A DNA stretch of 53,846 nt from an uncultured Mycoplasmatota bacterium (lineage in GTDB: Bacteria > Bacillota_I > Bacilli_A > RF39 > UBA660), in assembly GCA_900554615.1 (NCBI GenBank), contig USIB01000001.1:1-53846 (forward strand). The letters are read 5' to 3'. Shown here piece by piece: positions 25,881-33,868 of this stretch. Made by a program: the position numbers and the translations under genes. The notes below the pieces were generated by a model that was given only the letters and a program-made list of their open reading frames with translations, did no database searches and was not told where the DNA came from. The stretch's first letter is position 1, and the number at the start of each line of letters is the position of its first letter.

Positions 25881-25907
25881 ATAAAAGAAGAAAGAGAGTC
25901 GATATAA

Positions 25908-27131
25908 ATGGATAAATTAATAAAAGAAGCTTTATTAAAGGAAGAAAAAAGACAAAATGATAACATAGAACTTATTGCTAGCGAGAACTATGTATCTAAA
26001 GATATATTAGAATTACAAGGTAGTATATTTACTAATAAATATGCTGAAGGATATCCAGGTAAAAGATATTATGGCGGATGTGAAAATGTTGATATAGTTG
26101 AAAATTTAGCTATTGAATATGTATGTAAGTTATTTGGATGTAAATATGCTAATGTACAACCTCATAGTGGTAGTTCTGCAAATATGGCTGTATATAGAGC
26201 ATTACTTAATCATGGTGATACTGTTATGGGAATGAATTTATCTGATGGAGGTCATTTAACTCATGGTCACCCTCTTAATTTTAGTGGTATAGATTATAAT
26301 ATTATTGATTATAAAGTGGATTCTGATACTGGTTATTTAGATTATGATAATATTAGAGAAATCGCTTTAAAAACAAAACCTAAAATGATAATAGCAGGAG
26401 CTAGTTCTTACTCTAGAAGTATTGATTTTAAAAAATTTAGAGAAATAGCAGACGAAGTTAATGCTTACTTATTTGTAGATATGGCTCATATTGCTGGCCT
26501 AGTAGCAGCCCATCTTCATATGAATCCCGTTGATTATGCTGACGTAGTTACTTCTACTACTCATAAGACTTTAAGAGGTCCTAGAGGAGGTATTATTCTT
26601 GCTAATAATGAAGAGATTATAAAGAAAATAAATAAGACTATTTTTCCTGGTATTCAAGGTGGACCACTTATGCATGTAGTAGCTGCTAAAGCACAATGTT
26701 TCTATGAAGCATTACAGCCATCATTTGTAACTTACCAAGAACAAGTACTTAAAAATATTAAAGCTTTATCTGATTATTTAATTAGTAAAGGTATGACTAT
26801 TGTATCTGGGGGTACTGATAATCATTTAATATTATTAGATGTATATAATTCACTTGGTATTACAGGTAAAGAAGCTGAAAAAATATTAGATTCAGTACAT
26901 ATTACAGTTAATAAAAATACTATACCTAATGAAACACTTAGTCCTATGAAAGCAAGTGGCATTCGTATAGGAAGTCCTGCAATGACTACAAGAGGATTAA
27001 AAGAAGAAGACTTTGTTACTATTGGAGATATTATATATAATGTATTAAATAACTACAATAATGATAGAGTTTTAGATAGAGAAAAAAAAAGAGTATCAAG
27101 TTTAACTAATAAATATAAGATATATAATTAA
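25908..27131 (+). CDS. glyA: serine hydroxymethyltransferase
   Basis: 407 aa with [26 protein letters not shown]-lysine region [14 protein letters not shown]. Confidence 0.92.
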   Translation: MDKLIKEALLKEEKRQNDNIELIASENYVSKDILELQGSIFTNKYAEGYPGKRYYGGCENVDIVENLAIEYVCKLFGCKYANVQPHSGSSANMAVYRALLNHGDTVMGMNLSDGGHLTHGHPLNFSGIDYNIIDYKVDSDTGYLDYDNIREIALKTKPKMIIAGASSYSRSIDFKKFREIADEVNAYLFVDMAHIAGLVAAHLHMNPVDYADVVTSTTHKTLRGPRGGIILANNEEIIKKINKTIFPGIQGGPLMHVVAAKAQCFYEALQPSFVTYQEQVLKNIKALSDYLISKGMTIVSGGTDNHLILLDVYNSLGITGKEAEKILDSVHITVNKNTIPNETLSPMKASGIRIGSPAMTTRGLKEEDFVTIGDIIYNVLNNYNNDRVLDREKKRVSSLTNKYKIYN

Positions 27132-27169
27132 TAATGAAGAATTAATAAACAAAGACTTAAATAGTCCAT

Positions 27170-27204
27170 TGAAGATAGTTCTTTATAGCTATCTTCATTT
27201 TATT
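27170..27204 (+). terminator. intrinsic terminator after glyA
   Basis: 9-bp stem TGAAGATAG/CTATCTTCA followed by TTTTATT. Confidence 0.65.
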
Positions 27205-27223
27205 ATAAAGGAATAGTGATGTT

Positions 27224-28429
27224 ATGGAAGAATTATTATCAATTAAATTAAGACCTAAATCTTTAAAAGATATTATTGGTCAAGAACATTTAGTAGGAGA
27301 AAATAAAGTTATATATAATTTAGTTAAGAATAAGAAATTATTCTCAATGATTTTATATGGCCATCCAGGTATTGGCAAGACAAGTATAGCTACTGCAATA
27401 GCGGAAGAACTTGGTATGAGGTATAGAAGTCTTAATGCTGTTGTAAATAATAAGAAAGATTTTGATATAGTTATTGAAGAAGCAAAATTATATGATGGTT
27501 TAATTGTAATAGTAGATGAAATTCATAGATTAAATAAAGATAAACAAGATATTCTCCTGCCATATCTTGAGTCTGGAGTTATTACATTAATTGGTATGAC
27601 TACTTCTAATCCATATCATGCTATTAATCCCGCTATTCGAAGTCGTTGTCAGTTATTTGAACTTAAAGATTTAACTAGTGATGATATTAAGAAAGGTATT
27701 GATAAGGCTATAGAATCTAATTATTTAGAAGGTTTAACTATAACTGAAGAAGCAAAGAACTATTTAGCTAGTATATCCGGTACTGATTTAAGATATGCTT
27801 ATAATACACTTGAAGTAGCCTACTATTCAGAAGAGGATAAGAATATTACTTTAGATACTTTAACTAAAATAAGTAATAGAACTAACAGTTTATTTGATAA
27901 AAATGCTGATGGTTATTATAATGTAATATCGGCCTTTCAAAAATCTATTCGTGGTAGTGATGTTAATGCTGCGCTTCATTATTTAGCTAGATTAATTGAT
28001 GCAGAAGACTTAGATATTATTGTAAGAAGATTATCCGTTATTGTTTATGAAGATATTGGCCTTGCTAATCCAAGTATGGGTCCAAGAGTAGATGCTGCGA
28101 TTAATGCTGCCTTAAGACTAGGATTACCAGAAGCTAGGATTGTATTATCAGAAATAGTAATAGAACTTGCTTTATCACCTAAAAGTAATAGTGCTAAAAT
28201 GGCTATTGATAAAGCTCTTGAAGATATTCGTACTAAGAATATAGGAGATGTTCCTAATCATTTAAAGAATCCATCTAATGAATATAAGTATCCTCATAAT
28301 TATAAAAATGATTATGTAAGACAACAATATTTACCTGATAACCTTCTTGGTAGTAGATATTATATTCCTAAAGATAATAAGAATGAAAGAGTATATAAAG
28401 AAATAATAAATAGATTAGATACTATGTAA
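27224..28429 (+). CDS. rarA: recombination factor RarA/MgsA (AAA+ ATPase)
   Basis: RPKSL.D.IGQEHL, Walker A GHPGIGKTS, Walker B VDEIHRLNK.QQD.LLP..E.G, and C-terminal YDVISAFQKS.RGSD.NAALHYLARL. Confidence 0.85.
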   Translation: MEELLSIKLRPKSLKDIIGQEHLVGENKVIYNLVKNKKLFSMILYGHPGIGKTSIATAIAEELGMRYRSLNAVVNNKKDFDIVIEEAKLYDGLIVIVDEIHRLNKDKQDILLPYLESGVITLIGMTTSNPYHAINPAIRSRCQLFELKDLTSDDIKKGIDKAIESNYLEGLTITEEAKNYLASISGTDLRYAYNTLEVAYYSEEDKNITLDTLTKISNRTNSLFDKNADGYYNVISAFQKSIRGSDVNAALHYLARLIDAEDLDIIVRRLSVIVYEDIGLANPSMGPRVDAAINAALRLGLPEARIVLSEIVIELALSPKSNSAKMAIDKALEDIRTKNIGDVPNHLKNPSNEYKYPHNYKNDYVRQQYLPDNLLGSRYYIPKDNKNERVYKEIINRLDTM

Positions 28430-28563
28430 AAGAAGAATCATTAATTTGATTCTTCTTTATTAAATAATTCTTTGATAATTAAATCTTTTGAATGTAGTGT
28501 ATTATTTTTACTTAGTAATAGATTTTCATAGAATTTGATTAAGAAACTATCATTATATAGTAT

Positions 28564-29238
28564 TTATTTTATAATATCATTTATTACATAATAAGCAGCA
28601 TTTATTCCTGCTACTGCGGGTACCATCATCATTGAAGATACTAAATTTTTATCATTCTTCTTAGGTTCTTCGCTAGAAAATACTACTGGTACTTTTCCTT
28701 TTATTTTCTCATCTTTTACATATTTTCTAAGGCTTTTGGCTAGAGGGTCATACGAAGTATCTTTAATATCACATATTCTTACTTTACTTGGGTCTAATCT
28801 TTTACCCATTCCACATACAGTTATTAGTTTTATATTGTACTCTCTTGCCCTCTTTATCAGTAGTTTCTTTACTATTAGAGTATCACAAGCATCAACTATA
28901 TAGTCATAGTGGGTTTCAAATAGTGTATCTAAATTATTTTCATCTAGTTTTATTGTTAGAGGAGTTACTTTCACATTCTTATTTATTTCTTTGATTCTCT
29001 CTTTAAAAGCCTCTACTTTTAACTTCCCTACATTACTTTCTTTGGCTATTATTTGTCTATTTATATTTGATATATCTATAGTATCATAATCTACTAGTGT
29101 TATATTCTCTATTCCACTTCTTACTAAGGACTCTACTGCATATCCACCTACTCCACCTACTCCTATTACTAGGATATGCTTCTCCTTAATTTTATTTAGA
29201 CTATCTTCTCCTATTAAGGCTACTATTCTATCAAACAT
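28564..29238 (-). CDS. tcdA: tRNA threonylcarbamoyladenosine dehydratase (ThiF/E1-like)
   Basis: GVGGVGGYAVESLVRSGI..ITLVDYD.I..SN.NRQ, matching the TcdA/YrvM pattern. Same neighbourhood as B. subtilis yrvM next to rarA and aspS. Confidence 0.8.
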   Translation of the reverse strand: MFDRIVALIGEDSLNKIKEKHILVIGVGGVGGYAVESLVRSGIENITLVDYDTIDISNINRQIIAKESNVGKLKVEAFKERIKEINKNVKVTPLTIKLDENNLDTLFETHYDYIVDACDTLIVKKLLIKRAREYNIKLITVCGMGKRLDPSKVRICDIKDTSYDPLAKSLRKYVKDEKIKGKVPVVFSSEEPKKNDKNLVSSMMMVPAVAGINAAYYVINDIIK

Positions 29239-29744
29239 TATTTTATATACTTATAGGTGGATACTTTGTCTTTGATATTAGTGGTAATTACTTCTATTTC
29301 TTTTTTACTTAAGCTTGTTTTATCTACGATAAAGGCTTTGTACTTGTTTATATATAAGTAGTAGACATTATCTTTTTCTATTACTTTATATAAATCCTTA
29401 TAGTTTATGTATTCTTCTTTTCCACTATCTAACATAAAATTATGTTCTTTAAATAGATACTTTATTTTTGTATTTAAGATACTATTTTTACTCTTCTCTA
29501 TTCTTTTATAATTAGTATATGGTAAGATACTAGTATTTAGTTCTATTATTCCTAGTAAACTAAAGATAAATGTTATTATATCTATTACTTCTATATCCTT
29601 TAGAAAGAAATATCTTGCTATTATTACTACTATTAAAATATTTAGTATTATTCTTATGTTTCTTATTTTATCAAAGTAATAGGTATTTAAAAAATCCTTT
29701 ACTAAGTCATTTGTATATATTGTATTGTTTTCTATTTTCATCAT
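29238..29744 (-). CDS. hypothetical membrane protein (YcxB-like impression)
   Basis: 168 aa with two central TM helices. The stop overlaps the tcdA start. Confidence 0.4.
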   Translation of the reverse strand: MMKIENNTIYTNDLVKDFLNTYYFDKIRNIRIILNILIVVIIARYFFLKDIEVIDIITFIFSLLGIIELNTSILPYTNYKRIEKSKNSILNTKIKYLFKEHNFMLDSGKEEYINYKDLYKVIEKDNVYYLYINKYKAFIVDKTSLSKKEIEVITTNIKDKVSTYKYIK

Positions 29745-29813
29745 CTCATCTCCAATATTAGTATATTATATAGTAAACTATGTCTATGAGTTTAATTATT
29801 ATTATAAATTATT

Positions 29814-29983
29814 AATGTAAGATAAAACCCACTATGTGATGTAGTCACAGGTGGGTTGTACTCTTACATTACCTCACGATAATGTTTTTCTGTTTCATAG
29901 AGGATAACTCTCCGCAGACTTTAATTCCGATGGTAGCCACCGTACACAATATATATTGTAGTATAGTGTTCACCCAAAGTCAA
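29814..29983 (-). promoter_or_regulatory. promoter TTGACT-17-TACAAT plus about 135-nt structured leader/sRNA ending in a 57-nt hairpin
   Basis: - strand hexamers at 29978-29983 and 29955-29960. Long hairpin 29814-29870 (outer stem AATGTAAG/CTTACATT, inner AACCCAC/GTGGGTT, TGTGA/TCACA). No known riboswitch class recognised. Confidence 0.35.
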
Positions 29984-29994
29984 GTATTTTGGGT

Positions 29995-30181
29995 AAAAAA
30001 AAGTCCCAGCGGATCGACTCTGTAAGATAAAACCCGCGGCGTATGTCACAGGTGGGTGAACACAACAATCTAATTAGGATTCCTACTTTGAAGCAAGCAT
30101 TCAACACATAAATTGTATTAGTTCCCCTATTTATATCTTTAGTCGGTTTTATACTAAAGATATCGCATCCTCTAGGTACTT
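29995..30181 (-). ncRNA. ssrS: probable 6S RNA
   Basis: About 185 nt. The 5' AAAGUACCUAGAGGAUGCGAU pairs with the 3' GUCGAUCCGCUGGGACUUU. The rod extends via AUAAAACCG/CGGGUUUUAU, with an unpaired central bubble of about 16 nt per side, an inner stem GGGGAAC/GUUCACCC, and a terminal U8. Extended -10 promoter TGATATAAT at 30184-30192. It sits between aspS and tcdA, where I recall B. subtilis bsrA lying. Confidence 0.55.
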
Positions 30182-30250
30182 TCATTATATCATAGTCTAT
30201 ATTATTAGTAAATAGATTTATTTGTATTTGACAATTATTTTACTTTATTC

Positions 30251-30308
30251 CTTCCAAGCCTGTAGTCTTGAAAGATGTTATAGAGCCTAAAATATTAGTC
30301 TCTATAAC
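30251..30308. repeat. twin hairpin with AGCC...GTCT apex (family member)
   Basis: Hairpins 30251-30274 (apex AGCC-tgta-GTCT) and 30277-30308 (GTTATAGAG/CTCTATAAC, apex AGCC..GTCT). Confidence 0.6.
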
Positions 30309-30408
30309 AAATTATTTATATTATAATATATAAGCGTTTATTTTTGAGACTTAGTAGGCTCAAAAATACCTCGGAATACCTTTGGGATGAAGAGGAAAAA
30401 AAGAAAGA

Positions 30409-31767
30409 TTATTTTTTCTTTCTCTTTACTAAAGTATATTTTTTATTATCTTTAATCGTAGACTTATCAATAGTTAAACTTTCATATAGATTAGGATTAT
30501 TTGCTATTTCAAACTCTGCTAGTGTAAGTGTTGATTCTATTATTTCATTAATGCTCTTAGCACCTAGTTTTCTATCATAAGCAAGTCTAGCAATTTCATT
30601 AATAACATCCTCTGATACTTGAAGATTAATATTTTTCTTACACAAAAACTCTCTATTTGTATTTAGTGAACTTAAAGTAGAGTTCTTAATTATATTAATA
30701 TAATCTTCTAGAGTAAGATTATTCATTTCTATAAGTATAGGGAACTTATTTGCAAGTTCTGGTATAATTCCATAAGAATCCAAAGTACTCTCTTTATCAT
30801 TAGTACTAAAACCAACAGTAGTATTTCTTAATTGTTTATCATTATTAAAGTTACCTAGTCCTACTATTAAAAGTTTATTCATACTAAAACGATATCTTTT
30901 ATTATCAATATTGTTAATAGTAAATAGCCCTTCATCAATTAGACTTATTATTGCTTCTTGGTGTTCTTTACTTAATGTACTATGTCTTTCTCTGCTGTTA
31001 GTGGATATCTCTTCTAACTTATCTATTACTAATATTCCCTTTTCTGCTAGTTCTAAGTCATAATCTGTTTTTTCTATTAATTTTAGAAGTGTATTTTCTA
31101 TATAACTTACACTATTTAATCTTTTAGCATTAACAATAACACAAGGTATTCCAAGAAAATCTTCTAATAACTTGAAAATAGTAGTCTTACCTACTCCCTC
31201 AGGACCATTTATTAACATATTATAATTAAAAGTCTTATCTTCATTATTATATTGTTTCCATATAGTAGATAATATTTGTTTTATTTGTTCATCTTGACCT
31301 ATTATCTTACTTGTTAATTCTTTATATACATCACTAATATTCATTTCTCCATTATCAATAATATTATTTATTTCTAATTCTGGATAGTATTTGTTATAGA
31401 AGTTTATTAAATCATTATCTAAATATAGATTATATTTGTTATCCTTTTCTGTTTGTAGAACTACTGGCACTTTATCTTCACTTTCTGATAATATATATTT
31501 ATGCTTCTGTTCATTTATTAAAACCTTAGTCCTTATTATCCAAGGTGAATATTTAGGATAAGTTTCAGTATATTTAGAGAGAGGGAGTCTACCTATAAAG
31601 GCATACTCTTCTCTCTTAAGTATATGTTTATACTTTTTTCCTTTCTTTGTTACGAATACTTCATTATTTTCATCATAAACTCCTATTTCACTATATAGTG
31701 GTATATAGTTTATTTTATTACCTTCTACTTTCTTCTTTAAAACTACTACCAATTCTAAATTATTCAT
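30409..31767 (-). CDS. ClpX-family AAA+ ATPase paralogue with novel N-terminal domain and degenerate motifs
   Basis: IIGQDEQIKQIL, Walker A NGPEGVGKTT, LKLIEKTDYDLELAEKGILVIDK, VGF (IGF-loop-like) and C-terminal RKLGAKSINEIIE all parallel ClpX. No zinc-binding N-domain. Confidence 0.7.
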   Translation of the reverse strand: MNNLELVVVLKKKVEGNKINYIPLYSEIGVYDENNEVFVTKKGKKYKHILKREEYAFIGRLPLSKYTETYPKYSPWIIRTKVLINEQKHKYILSESEDKVPVVLQTEKDNKYNLYLDNDLINFYNKYYPELEINNIIDNGEMNISDVYKELTSKIIGQDEQIKQILSTIWKQYNNEDKTFNYNMLINGPEGVGKTTIFKLLEDFLGIPCVIVNAKRLNSVSYIENTLLKLIEKTDYDLELAEKGILVIDKLEEISTNSRERHSTLSKEHQEAIISLIDEGLFTINNIDNKRYRFSMNKLLIVGLGNFNNDKQLRNTTVGFSTNDKESTLDSYGIIPELANKFPILIEMNNLTLEDYINIIKNSTLSSLNTNREFLCKKNINLQVSEDVINEIARLAYDRKLGAKSINEIIESTLTLAEFEIANNPNLYESLTIDKSTIKDNKKYTLVKRKKK

Positions 31768-31786
31768 ATATCCCCCTTTATTATGT

Positions 31787-33529
31787 TTAGTCTCTTACTT
31801 TAATATGTGTCTCTCTAAGTTGTTTTTCAAATACTTCACCAGGACAACCCATCATAGCATCAGCACCATTAGCCCCTAGTGGAAATGCTACCATTTCTCT
31901 TATGTTTTCTTCATCTTTTAATAGCATTAGTATTCTATCGATACCAGGAGCCATTCCAGCATGAGGAGGTGCACCATATTGAAATGCTGTATATAAACTT
32001 CTAAACTTAGTCTCCACATCTTCATCAGTATAACCAGCAAGTTCAAAGGCTCTCTTCATTATTCTAATATCATGATTTCTAACAGCACCAGAAGCCATCT
32101 CATATCCATTACATACAAAGTCATATTGATATGCTACAACATTTTCAATATTATCTTCAGTAAGGGCTTCTAATCCTCCTTGTGGCATACTAAATGGATT
32201 ATGACCAAAGTCCCAAGTATTCTCTTCTTCATTATATTCAAACATAGGGAAATCATTAACGATACAGAACTCAAACTTATTCTTATCAAGTAAATCTAGT
32301 TCATTACCTAATTTAATTCTAAGTAGACCCGCTAATTTATTTATTTTATTCTTAGAGTCTGCTAGTATAAATAAAACACTTCCAGCCTCTAGATTACATT
32401 TTTCTATTAATTCTTTTCTTATTTCATCAGTTAAGAACTTATCTAATGATGATTTAAAAGTCATATCTTCATTTACTTTAATATATGCAAGAGCAGGAGC
32501 TCCAACACTCTTCATATATTCTTCCATAGACTTATACCAAGAGTTTGATTTCTCAATATTCTTAACAGTAATACCTCTAATTAAAGATGTTTTAAATGGT
32601 TCAAATGAACTCTTACTTAATATATCAGTTAAGTCTTCAATTACTAATGGATTTCTTAAATCTGGTTTATCTGAACCATACTTAAGCATTGCCTCTTTAA
32701 ATGGTATTCTTCTAAATGGTCTAGGAGACACTTCTTTATCACTAAAATGAGTAAATATGTCGTAGAAGATTCTCTCTCCTACTGCATAAACATCTTCATC
32801 CTCTACAAAAGACATCTCTAAGTCTAATTGATAGAACTCACCATATAGTCTATCACTTCTAGGGTCTTCATCTCTAAAACATGGAGCTATTTGGAAATAT
32901 CTATTAAAGCCTGAACACATAAGTAATTGCTTAAATATTTGAGGGGCTTGTGGTAAGGCATAAAACTTTCCTTTGTACTTTCTTGATGGTACAATAAAGT
33001 CTCTTGCTCCCTCTGGAGATGATGCTGTTATAATTGGTGTTTGAATTTCTGTAAAGTTCATCTCTTTCATTATTTTTCTCATATAATCTAATACTTCTGT
33101 TCTAAATAGTATTCTATCATGTACTTTAGGATTTCTTAAGTCTAGATATCTATATTTTAATCTAGTATCTTCAAAAGCTTCAGTACTTCTATTTATTTCA
33201 AATGGTAATACATTTTGGGCTTCTCCTAGTACTTCAAAAGAAGATATTAATACTTCTACTTCTCCTGTTTTCATATTAGGATTAGTCATACCTTCTGCTC
33301 TATGTCTTACTACTCCAGTTACAGTCATTGTACTTTCTCTAGTTATATCTTTAAAACTATCGATATCTTCACTTATTAACTGAATTACTCCTGTTTCATC
33401 TCTTAGAGTCATAAATACTAGACTACCTAGATTTCTTTTTTGTTCTAACCAGCCTGCTACTCTTATTTCTTCACCGATATTTTTAGTGGATACTTCACCA
33501 CAATAAATTGTTCTATATTTATTTTTCAT
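31787..33529 (-). CDS. aspS: aspartate--tRNA ligase
   Basis: Class II aaRS motifs: FMTLRD..G..Q, FRDED.R.DR..EFYQLD, GGLE.. and GAPPHAG.A.G.DR. Start set at ATG 33529 (AAGGAAG 6 nt upstream); the track ORF starts at 33535. Confidence 0.92.
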   Translation of the reverse strand: MKNKYRTIYCGEVSTKNIGEEIRVAGWLEQKRNLGSLVFMTLRDETGVIQLISEDIDSFKDITRESTMTVTGVVRHRAEGMTNPNMKTGEVEVLISSFEVLGEAQNVLPFEINRSTEAFEDTRLKYRYLDLRNPKVHDRILFRTEVLDYMRKIMKEMNFTEIQTPIITASSPEGARDFIVPSRKYKGKFYALPQAPQIFKQLLMCSGFNRYFQIAPCFRDEDPRSDRLYGEFYQLDLEMSFVEDEDVYAVGERIFYDIFTHFSDKEVSPRPFRRIPFKEAMLKYGSDKPDLRNPLVIEDLTDILSKSSFEPFKTSLIRGITVKNIEKSNSWYKSMEEYMKSVGAPALAYIKVNEDMTFKSSLDKFLTDEIRKELIEKCNLEAGSVLFILADSKNKINKLAGLLRIKLGNELDLLDKNKFEFCIVNDFPMFEYNEEENTWDFGHNPFSMPQGGLEALTEDNIENVVAYQYDFVCNGYEMASGAVRNHDIRIMKRAFELAGYTDEDVETKFRSLYTAFQYGAPPHAGMAPGIDRILMLLKDEENIREMVAFPLGANGADAMMGCPGEVFEKQLRETHIKVRD

Positions 33530-33535
33530 ATACAT

Positions 33536-33700
33536 CTTCCTTTCTTATAATATAAAAACACATTAATTATATAAGGACGAATATTATATATCCGCGGTGC
33601 CACCTTATTTCACTAATGTGCTCTTTATTAGTTTTTATCGGAACTACCCGTTTTCTACTTATTTATATCTACTATCTGTCACTAATAGTAATAGAAAATC
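33536..33700 (-). promoter_or_regulatory. T-box riboswitch leader (Asp specifier GAC) for aspS
   Basis: - strand: T-box AAGGUGGCACCGCGG (plus-strand coordinates 33591-33605). Canonical antiterminator: A1 AAGG/CCUU, 7-nt bulge UGGCACC, A2 GCGGAUAU/AUAUUCGU. GAC-A in a loop at 33677-33679. Stem III ACUAAU/AUUAGU. Promoter TTGACA (33730-33735), 17-nt spacer, TATAAT (33707-33712). Confidence 0.7.
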
Positions 33701-33755
33701 TATATTTATTATATAATTATTATTTAGTATTGTCAATTATTTTTTTATATTTTAT

Positions 33756-33808
33756 TCACTTTAAGTCTAGGTCTTAAAGTGTTGTTATTAGCCTTAGGTA
33801 TAATAACA
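33756..33808. repeat. twin hairpin (family member; variant apices AGTC-tag-GTCT and AGCC-ttag-GTAT)
   Basis: Hairpins 33756-33780 (CACTTTAAG/CTTAAAGTG) and 33781-33808 (TTGTTATTA/TAATAACAA), after the 731-aa ORF. Confidence 0.55.
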
Positions 33809-33868
33809 ATATATCAGCCATAACTATTATATATAAATATAGGATATATACTTTAATATGTTTAATAG

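Noticed and set aside
25650-25907. Riboswitch (ZTP, THF or glycine) upstream of glyA.
   Set aside because: None of the conserved cores of these classes is present. The only strong structure is on the opposite strand, with its own promoter.
29970-30185. 71-aa - strand ORF.
   Set aside because: It coincides with the structured RNA interpreted as 6S RNA and its downstream promoter. It has no RBS and an odd composition.
29800-30190. RNase P RNA, tmRNA, SRP RNA or a tandem T-box as the identity of the structured region.
   Set aside because: There is no GAGGAAAGUCC/ACAGAA-type P4 elements on either strand. There is no tRNA-like GGUUCGA..CCA 3' end and no SRP domain IV motif. The GGTGGCTACC segment does not form a T-box antiterminator. 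The rod-with-bubble fold and the synteny fit 6S better.
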